From: Podarcis bocagei | Taxonomy: Eukaryota | Assembly (NCBI GenBank): GCA_964188305.1 | Contig: OZ076887.1 | Length of the DNA stretch: 64,000 bases | Strand: one strand, 5' to 3' | Shown here: piece by piece, positions 51,586-64,000 of the stretch | Position numbering within the stretch: the stretch's first letter is position 1 | How the letters are laid out: every line of letters begins with the position of its first letter | The notes under the pieces: model-generated | Database searches by the model: none | What the model saw: only the letters and a program-made list of their open reading frames with translations | What the model was told of the DNA's origin: nothing | Position numbers and translations under genes: made by a program

Positions 51586-54407
51586 TATTTTCATTCTGAA
51601 GTGGTACAATTCCAAGGGGACTGGACACCACTTGATTCTTCTGAATATGACCCCCGCCCCGGGTTAACTATCCTGAATGTATTTATTGTCTGTATTCCCC
51701 CCACCCTGCCCGCATTTGTTCTCACCTGGTTTTTTTTAATCAAAATGTGTGCCCATGACCCTCTCACATTCTTTGCAGTGCCTCATTGAAAACATGCCCA
51801 TGAGAACAGACTGTTTCTGCTTTTCCTCTATCCTTCAGTCTTTCCGCCAATTGGCATTTCTTGACAAGTCCAGCAAATATGAGTCCTTGCCTGAATAGTA
51901 ATAACATTAATGTAGTTTATTCTGAGGTACAAACAAATGCCCTTAAAATACACTGCTTTTTTTGAAATTTAAATGTGAATGTATAAAAAAAGATTGCTTC
52001 CATTTAAACTTTGCTGAGAATATGTCCTCCTCAGTCCTGGCATCTGAAATAGTACTCCTGGTTTCCAGGATCATTTCTCGAGCCTATTCCAAGAATTTGT
52101 AGTGCATTATCTACTTCTTAACCTTCCAGTACATAGGCCAATTGGGGGTGGGGGGGTGGAGACTGCATATCACTTTCAGTCATTGAACAATTTCATACAT
52201 CTAAGTTTCTTCAAAACCCTGGATGAAACTGTATCTGATCCTGGTGAATTATTGCTTTTGGACCTATTGATTTGCTCTGAAACCTTTTTCTGCAGGAACT
52301 TCTATTAGTGATAGTGTTCAGCACAACTAATCAACGAAAAAGAATTGCCCTACGTAGGTGCTTACTTTTGTGTGAAGATGGAGGGATCATGTTCATTGGC
52401 ACTGTGTTGAACTGTATCACTTTCAGTCCTATAGAATGTAATATTTTGGCAATATATCTTCAGTGTTGCTTTTCCTTGGTTTGTTGCCCTTCAGTAGTCC
52501 AAAGCCCCCATTGAGTCTCTGACATCTTTCCTTCCTCTTCTTTCGTAACTGTATTTTATTGGTTTTCAGAGTTTACAAAAAACAAACAGTATAAACAACT
52601 CTGGGGTTCTACAGATAATGATAATACAAGTAGTAAAAAAAAATGTCTTAAACATATGCATTGTCGAATAGAAAAATGAGTACCTGTGACTGATTTTCTG
52701 TGTCCCAATTGTCAAGTTTCGCCAAAAGGAGATTTGAGCAAGCAGGGTGTGGAAATTAAAACTCTATTGATACTTCTTTCTAACTTAATACCCATGCAGT
52801 TTATTCTTGTTTGTGCACTTAATACTAAGTTACAGTTTAGTGTGCTGTACAAACAACACACCTGTGAAATTTGTTCAGAGCCTCTGCTTGGCTTCTAAAA
52901 ACGAATAGTGTGTCTGTGATAGAGGGGCGGTTCTTTTCCTTTAGCCCCTGGCTCCAGAAATTACATTTGTTATTTCCTTGTTATGTTCCTAAATATGGAC
53001 AGATGGGGGAAAGTTACTTCCTGTGGTTAGTGGTGAGAAGGGAGGGTACAGGCAGCAGGTTTAAGTTGGAAGATGGATCAATTAAGGTTTTAATAACCAG
53101 GAAGAATTGTCTATCAAGAATGGTTTGGCAGAGGAACAAATATTCATGTGAACATGTAGATTTTCAACACTGGAGGCTTTAAAAAAAGGATAATTAGATG
53201 ATCTGTCAGGAATCATTTGGATATAATTGGTATTGCTGAAGGTCAGGAAAATTGGTTTCATTGGCCTTTACTGTGTCAATTTTTTATCTTGATCTGTGCA
53301 TAAACACTGGTGCAAATATTTATGGAATTACACCTGTATTGTATTGTTGCTTGTATATACATACACACATGTTCAGTATTAACAGATAAGTGCAAAGTAT
53401 TTTGTATGTAGAATAAAAACACTGGAGATAAGAAGAATTTTCAAAATCGGCCTAGTTTATGTAGGATTCTTTCTTACTCTATAATAACACGTTTGCAAGG
53501 TTTGCGTTTTTCTTCTTTCGGAGACAGTTTTTCGCATTTCAACTGGTAATAAACCTAAATAAAATAATACTGTGTTAGTGTCGCATGAATAAAATGAAAT
53601 TATATTATCAATTTTTGAAGGCTGTCATATCTGTGCATATAAACACCCGATTTGGTTGCCCCCCCCCCCATCCACTCCATTATGGCATCCTGGAAAGCGT
53701 ATTACTGCTGAAATAATAGAAGTGTTTTGAAATATGCCATACTGTAGTAAGTTTGCAAACACATTTTTCCTCCCTGTCTGTGGACATTGTAGGCTTGTAT
53801 AGGCAGGGGGCAGAGGCTGCAAAGTGACTCTATCCTGTTGCATATCCTAACAGCAGTTCTCCCCCTCCCCACCTCTCCATTGCTGAATGTTTATAATGCT
53901 TGAAGCCATGCACACAATACAGTGCTAAGAGAACAAAATATTGGCTTGTTATCTACGTCTCCTTTTTATGGCTTCTATTCCGGTTTGATAATAGGGTTGT
54001 CAAACTAAATCACTACTTTATTCCTAGTGTCACCTGTGTGTTCTGTGTAGAAACCCCTTGGTACAGTTTCTAGTTAATCAAATCTCTAAGCATCTTTTTT
54101 TTAAGCTGCATTTTCTTCCCCAAAGTGTTGCAATATATCTTTTGAAAAATGCATTTCCCCTCCTCTCTGGAGTATCAAATTGTGCTAAAGGGTTAGGCAA
54201 TAAGAGAGAAGAGCTGGTTACTCCCTGAGGCCTGCCTTTTAATATTGAACTTACATTTTATGTAAGGATAAGCATGCTTGCTTTTTGTCATGGAGGGAGA
54301 GCTGTATTACCGTTTTGTATCTTGGACCATATTGATTGATTGAGCACGAGGTCAGTGGATAAATCTTCTTTGCTTTATTCCCACTAAAGGTTTTGTACGT
54401 ATTAGAA

Positions 54408-54729
54408 CATGGGTAGGCAAACTAAGACCCAGGGCCCGGATCCAGTCCAATTGCCTTCTAAATCCAGCTTGCGGGCGGTCTAGGAATCAGCGTGTTTTTA
54501 CATGAATAAAATGTGTCCTTTTATTTAAAATGCATCTCTGGATTATTTGTGGGGCCTGCCTGGTGTTTTTACGTGAGTAGAATTTGTACTTTTATTTAAA
54601 ATGTATCTCTGGGTTATTTGTGGGGCATAGGAATTCATTCTTTTTTCAAAATATAGTCCGCCCCCTCCCCCATTAAGGTCTGAGGGAAAGTAGACTGGCC
54701 CCCTACTCGAAAAAGTTAGCTGACCCCTG
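54408..54729. mobile_element. hAT-Charlie non-autonomous element
   Basis: Termini CATGGGTAGGCAAACT / AGTTAGCTGACCCCTG; perfect 8-bp TSD TATTAGAA; internal ~60-bp duplication. Confidence 0.9.
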
Positions 54730-54867
54730 TATTAGAAGCTATACTATCAGTCATAGCTTCAAACTCAGCTAACACAGAGGAGATTTAAAAGTCAATATAC
54801 CATTTATAGTTACTTTTGAATGATACTCATGATTATTTCATTTTCCAGACTCCTACTGCTGTTGCTA

Positions 54868-55093
54868 CAGTGGTACCTCGAGTTAAGTACTTAATTCATT
54901 CCAGAGGTCCGTTCTTAACCTGAAACTGTTCTTAACCTGAAGCACCACTTTAGCTAATGGGGTCTCCTGCTGCCGCTGCACCGCCGGAACATGATTTTTG
55001 TTCTCATCCTGAAGCAAAGTTCTTAACCTGAAGCACTATTTCTGGGTTAGCGGAGTCTGTAACCTGAAGTGTATGTAACCCAAGATACCACTG
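54868..55093 (+). mobile_element. Tc1/mariner (Tigger-like) MITE
   Basis: TIR CAGTGGTACCTCG / ...ATACCACTG; TA TSD. Confidence 0.9.
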
Positions 55094-55863
55094 TACTTTA
55101 TTTATTGCCTTATACTATGGGATCAGAAGGCGATTTATATCATAGAACAGAAAACATAAGAATTGGTTCAATTAAATAAAACCACAAACTAAAAGTGATC
55201 ATATATAAATCCAAAGCAATTTTAAACCTCCAACTGCCACTACAGACATTTGTATAATTAGCATTTTTTTAAAAAACAGCTGTTAAGAGAGCCATCAAGC
55301 CATGGAACATACAAATTAACAGTAGGTGGTGGTTGCCTGAATTCACTCAGTTTGGGGGTTATGACGGGGAGAGTGCCTGTCATAATCACCCACTTGGATA
55401 AATAATTGTTCTCAAGCTTCCTTCACCAACCTCATTTTACAGCTTTCTCTGTAGTTTTAGGTGTGTGGTCTGGTTTTTAATTGTATTAAATGTTGCAAAT
55501 GCTAGCAGTAAATAAGTCAGATTAGCCTTCTTCCTGTCAGAGGTTTGAGTACTTTGGTACTTTGAAGTACTCTTGGTACTTTGAAATCTCTATGGAAAGC
55601 TGAAGGGGAAATGTCTACTGTCCTTATATAACTTGTCTGTCAACATTAGCAATAGATCCCCTAATCAACTTTGATGCAATATCTTTCCTTTCTATTTCCT
55701 TTCCCCTTCGTGCCCATTCTTTGAGAGAAATAGTGAGCCCCATGTAGTCTATATTTTAACAGGCCTATGATTTTTCTCACATAAATGTTGACAACATTGC
55801 TGTGAAAGAATAGTTTAGTACTGTATCTTTTGCTGCAGGATGTTTGCTTCTTTTTAGTAGATT

Positions 55864-56619
55864 TGTCAGGGGTTCAGGAGCAGAGGCACAGGAAAGGGAG
55901 GAAACAGAGAGCGAGGGGGAGGAATCCGAAGGAAATATGAGCGATGACAGCGGCCCGAGATCTCCGAGTCTTTCCAGTGAATCGGAAGATTCACAGAAAG
56001 GGGCGCCAGTGGTCAGAACAAGGGGGGCGCCTAGGGGGACACACCAGGAAGAAGGGACCAGAGGAGACTCAGAGAGCAGCAGTTGGAAATCGGGACCAGC
56101 TTCCCCACCAGAGCACAGTAGGGGGGAGGGGTCGCAGGCATCGGGAGCTGGTGGCTCGCCGCAAGCGGGAAGGCAGGAGTTAGGATTGGCCACACCTCCA
56201 TCGGGGAGCGAGGAAACGGTCAAGAGGAAGGTCGAAGGCTGCGCGCGCGCGCCAAGTTCAAATGCACAGGAAGGCGGCACAGTAAGCAGTCCGGATAGGG
56301 AGCCAGGTCCTAAAGCCCGCCGCAAAGAGGGAGCAGAGTCCGGGGGGTCGGCGTCAGAAGAGTCCAGGAAGGAAGAGACCACGGGGGGTAGAGGGACCCA
56401 GAGGAGGAGGGAAAGACGGAAGAGGTGGAGTAAGGCTAGAGTATTAAGTTGGTGTACAGGAGGCGGAGACTCAGACGGAGCTTCGCCGGTCTAGCTTCTA
56501 AGACGTAGAGCTGCACGCTGCGGCTTGAAAATGGAACTTGTAACTCAATAAAGACTTTTGTACAGTAATACCGGCTAGCGTGGTCCTCTGTGAGCTGGGA
56601 CCTGGAAGCAGCTCTGACA
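55864..56619 (+). mobile_element. Young solo LTR (756 bp), probably Gypsy-type
   Basis: TGTCAG...CTGACA termini; perfect 5-bp TSD AGATT (55859-55863, 56620-56624); TATA-like TATTAAG near 56442; AATAAA 56547-56552; CpG-rich. Confidence 0.92.
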
Positions 56620-56973
56620 AGATTGGATTAAGTTCCACTTTATTTGGTATTACTGGATAAATTACATTATTGTTGTTTCAATGCCTACACAGGAATCTGC
56701 ATTTCTTCTAACTCCCAAAGCCTCAACATTTTGGACTACTCTGCTGCTTACAAAGCCCATGGACCTAGAGAAACATAGATACCTAATTAAACAAAGTTAT
56801 ATGGCACAGACAATTATTATTACATGCCACCCCAGTCTCCATAGCAGGGTGAGATTCCAGGGGGTCCAGGGGCTTCCTCAGAGTTATAAATGGTGCCCTT
56901 CGGAAATTTCTGGGTCCAGAGGGTAAAAGGTCTGTCACCCACAAATTCACAACAGTATACAAGTATAGCAACG

Positions 56974-56975
<2 letters not shown>

Positions 56976-57026
<51 letters not shown>

Positions 57027-57039
57027 TGTGTGTGTGTGT
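56976..57039. repeat. Compound (TC)n(GT)n microsatellite
   Basis: Seen directly. Confidence 0.95.
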
Positions 57040-57840
57040 AGGGGGTACTGACATCACATTTAGACTGCTTATCCATCTTGTTTATTCAGCTCACACATAG
57101 CCAGTACACACCCTTATACCTCTATACAGTTGGTTAGTACTTTGTCAAATAACAGAAAAGACCGTGGCAGTAGTTTAGATTTTGCTACTGTTATTATGTT
57201 TGTGCTAGAGGCAACTAAATATGGCAATGCAGTCATATCAATTCTTTAATTAGGGGTGTTGTATTTCTTAGGACAGTCTGTGGAATGATATCTCTCTCCC
57301 ACTCAGAGCATCAGTCTCGCATGCAAGGATGTTCCAACTTGCCTTGGCACACCTGAATGAGTATTCAGATGCAAATCTTGTACCCAGGTTGCTTGGAATA
57401 TAAATTGAGATTTTAAATTTAGATTCCCATTTCATGGCTCTGGTAGCACTTTTTAATACAGAGATGTACAATTTTTTTTAAAAAAAATTGTTCTGCTTTA
57501 TTTCTTAATGAATAACAGCTTGCATGAATAACATTCTGCACTGCTTAGAATGATAGAAAAGACTGATTAGAACACATTGTGACTTTATATACAGTACTTA
57601 CATTTTTAAAAATGAATCTTTTTTATTTTAGAGACAAAGATATATTTAATTTTATTATGAAGCTCTGCTGCATAAAGCTTTTTGTCCAGAAAACCATTAT
57701 TTTAGATTATGATCAAAATATATCATTTGATGTTTTACATTTGTTATCCACTCCTGAGCATATTTGATTCAGTCTGACAGGTGTCAAGTACCACCATCAA
57801 CAAAACTTAGTGTTTGATGTGGGACATTTTGCCACACCCA

Positions 57841-57999
57841 GGCTGTGTACACACCATATATACAAAGCACATGAATCATGGAAACTGTAGTTTACCCACC
57901 ACACCACAGAGCTACAATTCCCAACACCCTTAATAAACTACAGTTCCCAAAAGTCTTTGAGGAAGTCATGTGCTTTAAATATATAGTTTGTACACAGCC
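57841..57999. mobile_element. Palindromic MITE, PIF/Harbinger-like
   Basis: TIR GGCTGTGTACA / TGTACACAGCC, nested inverted arms (aaagcacatga/tcatgtgcttt, aactgtagttta/taaactacagtt), possible 3-bp TSD CCA. Confidence 0.65.
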
Positions 58000-58943
58000 C
58001 CAATTCCATACATCATTTGAAATAACAAGGTTCATGTTTTGAACTCATATTTTGATCTGTATTAATGGAAATATCACAGCAATTAATAATTCCATACATT
58101 TTGCTCCATAACCTTACCCTTTGTCCTTTTATCATTGCATTTTTTAAATCTGTAATATCCCATAGTGGACCTTGTTTTTATCAGTTATACGTAATGAATA
58201 TTCTATGGCATCACAACAATTGAGAAAAATGCATTTGACAAGGTTTTGGTCATAGTGAGTGTGTTTGCACTATAATCTTGGAGGCAAAAGGATGGAACTG
58301 TAAACTTGATAAACCAGAATGAAGAATAAAATTCGGTATTAACTGCTGGATGCATCTGTCAGGAAGAAAGATTCCCTCTGTTTCGGATAATAGGTTAGGC
58401 AGGACTTATTTTGAAAAGCATTCTATAATTTCCAGAGTATTTTGAACAGCAGTTTTCCAGTGCATTGTAATACAGCAGCTAATCTGGATTTGAGAGGAAT
58501 GTAATGCCTTTTTATTCAAAGGCTCTAAAACATTTTTGAAGGGTGATAAACCTCACGAAAAGAAGCAAAGGTTTAAGGAGCAAGGGCTCCTGTGCATTTC
58601 CTCTGCTAATAAAATAGATTATCTGGTTGGTTCTAAACCCATGCAGGCGGATCTCTTGCCGAACTTGAATTGCTTTTTCTGCTGCCATCTGCTTCTTTTG
58701 TACAGTGGAAAGATGCTTTTGGATCACAATGCCTGGTAAAATCAGAATGAAGACCAAAAGTGGCCCATTATCTCTTAGATACCTTCTCAAGAAGACAAAA
58801 AATATACATCCCTTTTTTATGGGTAATAGATTAGGCAAGTACCCTACAGTCTGTGGGACAGTAATATCAGTGGTGGTTTTTTCCTAAGAACAACAAGGGC
58901 ACTAGCTCACCAGCAGCAATCAGTCTCCCGCTTCCCTCCAGAT

Positions 58944-59194
58944 CAGGGGTCAGCAACCTTTTCCAGCCATGGGCTGGTCCACCATCCCTCAGACCATGTG
59001 GTGGGCTGGACTATATTTTTTTGGGGGAAATGAACAAATTCCTATGCCCCACAAATAACCCAGGGATGCATTTTAAATAAAAGCACACATTCTACTCATG
59101 TAAAAACACGCTGATTCCTGGACCCTCCGTGGGCCAGATTTGGAAGGTGATTGGGCCGGATCCAGGACCCCGGGCCTTAGGTTGCCTACCCCTG
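58944..59194. mobile_element. hAT-Charlie non-autonomous element, opposite orientation to 54408-54729
   Basis: CAGGGGTCAGCAACCT / AGGTTGCCTACCCCTG; 8-bp TSD CTCCAGAT/CTCCAGAA. Confidence 0.88.
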
Positions 59195-59505
59195 CTCCAG
59201 AACTTAAACTCTCCCCTTCTTCCATGTCATGATCACTCTCTGCATGCCTTTCTGCTTTGGAGTCTCTGTTGCTTGACCTGGCACTGCTCCATTACTCTCC
59301 AGGGAAAGGGGAGGCTGTACTGTATTTCAGAAAAAATTAGAGTTGTGATTCTTTCCTTGACGCTGGAAACACCTAGCCAGTCTGGATGACACAGTTATTT
59401 CCTGCAGTTTGCATTCTTCTTCCAGACAGATTCCCACAACAGATCCACAGGAAGCTCTTAAAAATATATATCCACCTATCTTATTCTGATTGTGGCCCAG
59501 GACTA

Positions 59506-59690
59506 ATCATAAGAGGAGCCAGCTGGGTCAGGCCAGTGGCCCATTGATAAGTCCACCATCCTGTTCTCACAGTGGCCAAACAGATGCCTGTAGAAAGCCC
59601 CACAAGAGCACTCTCTTCTCCTGCGGTTTCCAGCAACTGGTATTCAGAACCACTGCTGCCTCTGACCAAATCAGAATTCATGCAGGATGC
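59506..59690 (-). mobile_element. Old CR1 3' end fragment
   Basis: cataagaggagccagctgggtcaggccagtggccca...tcctgttctcacagtggccaa; another fragment on + at about 60505-60692. Confidence 0.6.
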
Positions 59691-60101
59691 TTCAACTGAT
59701 CACTGCTGCATTTTAGTTGTGAAACTGATAGCCAACACTCCACTTTGGAGAGGCAGGTGGTTCACTGAAAGCAGGAGCAGGGGGGGAACCACGACACGAT
59801 CATGTTGGTTTCAGTGCTGCAGTGCAAGACAGCACCTTCCGTTCTTGCAATGCAGCACAAAAAAAGTCCCCAGCACCACCTTTTAGCCAATTTCTGCCAC
59901 CTCCCAGCCCTTTGTCTTGCACTTCCTTCCCCCTTTCATCCCTTAAAAGCTGCTGCTGCTTTCCCTCCCCTTCCTCAACCTCTTTCTCACCACCACTTAA
60001 ACTACTCTGTCCAGTGTGTTCTGCCTACCGCTGGCGCCACCTGCTGTAAGCTGCCCTGTCCTTTCTCCCGCCAGCCCTAGCAGGCAGCAGCTTTCAATGT
60101 A

Positions 60102-60327
60102 CAGTGGTACCTCGGGTTAAGTACTTAATTCGTTCTGGAGGTCCGTTCTTAACCTGAAACTGTTCTTAACCTGAAGCACCACTTTAGCTAATGGTGCCTC
60201 CTGCAGCTCCCGCACCGCCGGAGCACGATTTCTGTTCTCATCCTGAAGCAAAGTTCTTTACCCGAGGTACTATTTCTGGGTTAGCGGAGTCTGTAACCTG
60301 AAGCGTCTGTAACCCAAGGTACCACTG
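60102..60327 (+). mobile_element. Tc1/mariner (Tigger-like) MITE
   Basis: TIR CAGTGGTACCTCGGGTTA / TAACCCAAGGTACCACTG; TA TSD; same family as 54868. Confidence 0.92.
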
Positions 60328-63300
60328 TATAATAATAAACGCTGCTAATGAGCTCAGGGTTTTTGCAGGTTATGTAGCCAAAATGGGGGTACTGATAAGC
60401 CCAAGGTTTGTAGATTTTGATAAAGGCTTATGAATACAGCCTAAGGGGGAAGCCCCCCTCCCCCCGCTGCAAAAAAACAACAACAAAAAACCTCAGCCCA
60501 ATGGAGGATTCACTCCCCAAGGAAGCAGTGATGGCCACAAACTTAGATGGCTTAAAAGGCTCAGACCAACTCATGGAAGATAGCTATATTCTATCTCCAC
60601 TGGGAATCATGGGAGGGCTTACCACTGTGGCAACAGGATGCTGGTCTAGAAGGACCATTGGCCCAATCCAGTAGGCTCATCTTGCATTCTTGTGACTGAG
60701 CATGCTCAGTGTTACACAATACAACGTGTCAGGGTGAATCAGAAGACTCAAGTGAGGGTGGAAATAAGTACAGTATTATGAAAGAAAGCATAGCTGACTA
60801 GAGCTCTGGGCAGAAGCACTCTGCACAGCAGGCCCCACTTCATTTGGTTAGGCTAGAAGTTTTGTAATACACAGGACTATTTCATAGGCATCACCTAACC
60901 GGCTCTTGCTATTCTGAATTAATAGTCTTGCAAAAGATTGGTCTTAACGCTAATAATGTTGAATGAAGCAGTAATGTTTTTAGTGGCTTTGACAGATGAT
61001 GGCTCAGTCTTCTAGCATTATTGATGTACAGCGTATTGGGAAGAGAATTGGGAATATTACGGGCTGTTTGATGTCCAGCACCTGCTTGGATTTCAAAAGG
61101 TTTAGTCATAGAATTGCTCACTTGCTTGACTTCTTTTGAAAAGGCCTGTGCGAGCCTGCAGGTTATCAATTAAAATATCAATATCTCAATTTGTGAGCTT
61201 AAATATAACAATGCGTCTCTTAGTGCACACACAGATTTTTTGGAAAGCAGGAGACTGAATTTGCCTGCATTAGCATAAAATTCATTACTGAGTGAATGGA
61301 AAGCCTTTATTCCCATGGGTGTAACTACAATAAGAACGAAGTACAATTTGAATCAAGGATAACTTGGTTATTTTCAAACCTGCTCCATTATTCTTTCATC
61401 TGTGGTCCTTACGGTGGGGGGGGGGCAGCAGGCAAGAGGTTGTTGTTGTTGTTTAAATAATAATAGAGAAATAGCATTTGCCGTACCTGTTTAAAATGTA
61501 TATATTGTTAATTTGTGTCTGTTTCCAATGCATTCTAGGTCCAAAATACACACATCTCCTCTTTTCTCCAAAAGATAACAACACACTAGCTAACATAATT
61601 GTTGCTTTTCCTTACCACAGATAGAAAGATAGTATTGTTCTTTCCACTGTAGTGTGTGCCTTGTGTGTTCTCTTGTAGTCTTCTGAAGACATTTGGCTTT
61701 ATAGCTGATCTGTGCTAGTAGGCCTTCAGTGGGAGGTGATTGTGGGAGCTCATCCCTGCACACTGCTGTACTGTAATCAAAAACTGGAAGTGGTAATTCC
61801 TAATAGACAAACGAGCCTGTGGTGCATTGTTCATTTTACTTCCACTCTATTGTTTTTGGTTCCTTAATATTGTTGTTGATTTTTTAAAGGTGTTTTTTTT
61901 AAAAAAAAAGATTTTCTTGTGTTACAAAACAAAAAAATAAGGAAAAGTATGTTTAGTGTCTTCACTTGCAATTCATGGAGTCTTTTTCACAGTTTGGTGA
62001 ATGCACTGGGCCTTTCTGAATGTCAGAAGAGGCAGCAGGTGGCATTGCTGCAGGCTTGAAATTTTGCTTCTTTAAAGTAGTTAATCTCTCTGGTGGAAAA
62101 TCTTTTCATGTTGCTTGGCGTTGGATCACTGCTCTGTATTGACACATCTCTGACAGCCTGTTATCTATGCCAGACCCTTGCAAATCAACACTATTGCAAA
62201 GATGTTTAGATAGAGAAGCAGAGAAATGGCTAGGGACAGCAGGTAATAGAGTGTCCCCTAATCAGCTAAGATTATTCTTGTCAGAGAGCTTTGCTCATTG
62301 AGAGAGCTTATCAGCAGTCTCTTTCCCTTGGTTCCTTCCCATTTAGAGCAGTTGTTTTAAGCCAAACAAGGAAAGCGTTTCAGACCTTCCTAATGAATCA
62401 TCTTGCATTCCCTTAGGTTGAGTCCAGCTTGGAAAAGATGTAGAATATTGCTTTCTGTGTGAATTATGTGCTCTAGTTTCCAGATATTATAATTTATAAA
62501 GCTTTGCCTAGTGAAAATGCAAACAAAGCCATGTCTCCAGGGCATGCAGAATAGAAAGTGTTGCACATTACAACCAGGCTCTTCTGAAGGTTCGTTTAAT
62601 GTCTTGTTGTGCTTTTTTGGGTAGGTGGGGTAGGGAATTACTTTTGAAATACATTATTCATGTAAGTAGATGCATAGGGAGAAGTTACTGAATTGTGATT
62701 TCTGTGGGAAATCTACTGTTGTGAATTGATGCGTGCATTATTTATATCTATGCAGTAGGTCTTTACTGCATAATAGAGGCATGAAATCCAAACACAGCAG
62801 CCTGTGGAAGGAAGCAGTGAACAAATTTGCTCTTTCCTGGAAAGGAGCCGAGCCTGACCCTTTTTAGGTAACCCAAATCTATCTCCAGTGCACTAGGCAC
62901 CTGCTGCTGTTTAATAATAAATTAATATTCTGCAAGTTCAGCTATTGAAATGAAAATGCTAGTAGCAGGAATTCAGCATACAGAGCAATCATACACTTAC
63001 TTGAGAGTAAGTCCTTTTGGAACTTATCTGAAGGGGGTTGTTCTGTTAACTATTTTGGCTTGAGGTAGCGGATTTGCTTTCTAGTCTCTAAAGATCCATT
63101 ACACAAATGATGCCAAGACCCAAAAAAAAGGTTCTTTTGAGTCTGTGTAAATGGTTAATGCAGCACTGGCAACAGGTGATTCTTAAATTGTAAAAGGAAG
63201 GGCGCCAGGGCTGAATTCAGCCCATTAGTTTTATCCTCTTGCCTGGAAGCCCTAATCTAAGTGAGAGTGGTTGTGGTTACCTTTTATTTAGCAATGAGTA

Positions 63301-64000
63301 AATGGAGAGTTTCTGGAGTCTGTGTGGATATGGTATGGAGCTAAATTATCCAGTGCTTTCTAAACAGCTGCAAAACTGCTCCTAATGTTGCATGCACAAC
63401 TATATTTAGTAAAAAATACTATGAATTCAAATAATTGTATCTATAAAATAGGAATGCCAGTTACCTGCCTTACTTGATGTGTTAGTGAATGTTTATATAA
63501 TACTCTGCACACCAAAATGCCAATTTAGACACCTGTTGCTTGCTTCTTTTCTTTGTAAAACAACCTTCATAAAATAAATGAAATGCTAGTGGATTGGAGC
63601 AATTTGTAAATGGTGGTGCATTGATGGCTATCCCTTCACATTTAATTGTGGTGAAATATAAAACTGTTGATGCTTCTTTTCATATGTACCTTTTTGAACA
63701 GTCCTTAACATCTGTTGCAGGTATATAGTACAATTCATTGAAAGTTAGGTTTCCTTAACAAAATCAGTGGAATGAGTATTTTGCTGTGTACTTCACTGAT
63801 TTCGTCAATTTCAGTGAGTTTTACATATGCCTACCTTGTGCTGGATTGCACTCCGCTTTCATCCCCTCCTGGTGGTATTAGGAAGTGCTTCTGTTTTCTG
63901 AACTTTTCTTTCTTTATGAGGTTCCAAGGAAGCATTTAATGTTTGGTGTATGTATATCTGCTCCACAGACAAATAGCAAGTTCCAATGGGGATAGAAACA

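Noticed and set aside
51185-64000. SUSD4 CCP4 exon (VCPLPPMVSHGDF-like) and, upstream, the signal-peptide exon
   Set aside because: No matching sequence found by eye or in the ORF track; presumably outside the window, though a short exon could have been missed

Overview
AT-rich vertebrate genomic DNA, almost certainly from a lacertid lizard (lacertid-type Sauria SINEs and a Squam3-like SINE, CR1, L2, BovB derivative). The whole window appears to lie inside the SUSD4 gene (+ strand). Three phase-1/phase-1 exons (37631-37843, 47747-47920, 50996-51184) each encode one sushi/CCP domain; the signal-peptide exon and the CCP4/TM exons were not found and presumably lie outside the window. The rest is intron filled with transposable elements. 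Most notable: (1) a young compound Penelope-like (Poseidon-type) insertion at 40041-42508, built from three modules separated by (TA)n, with five identical minimal hammerhead-ribozyme cores in both orientations, 109-124 bp perfect inverted repeats and two discrete GCAT 3' ends; (2) a clean solo LTR (55864-56619, 5-bp TSD) with a >200-codon open frame that could splice in frame to the CCP3 exon and use the LTR poly(A) signal; (3) a 147-bp hAT MITE carrying TTAGGG repeats; (4) older Neptune-type Penelope relics, one with a degenerate hammerhead. Family names come from my recognition of motifs, not from database searches.
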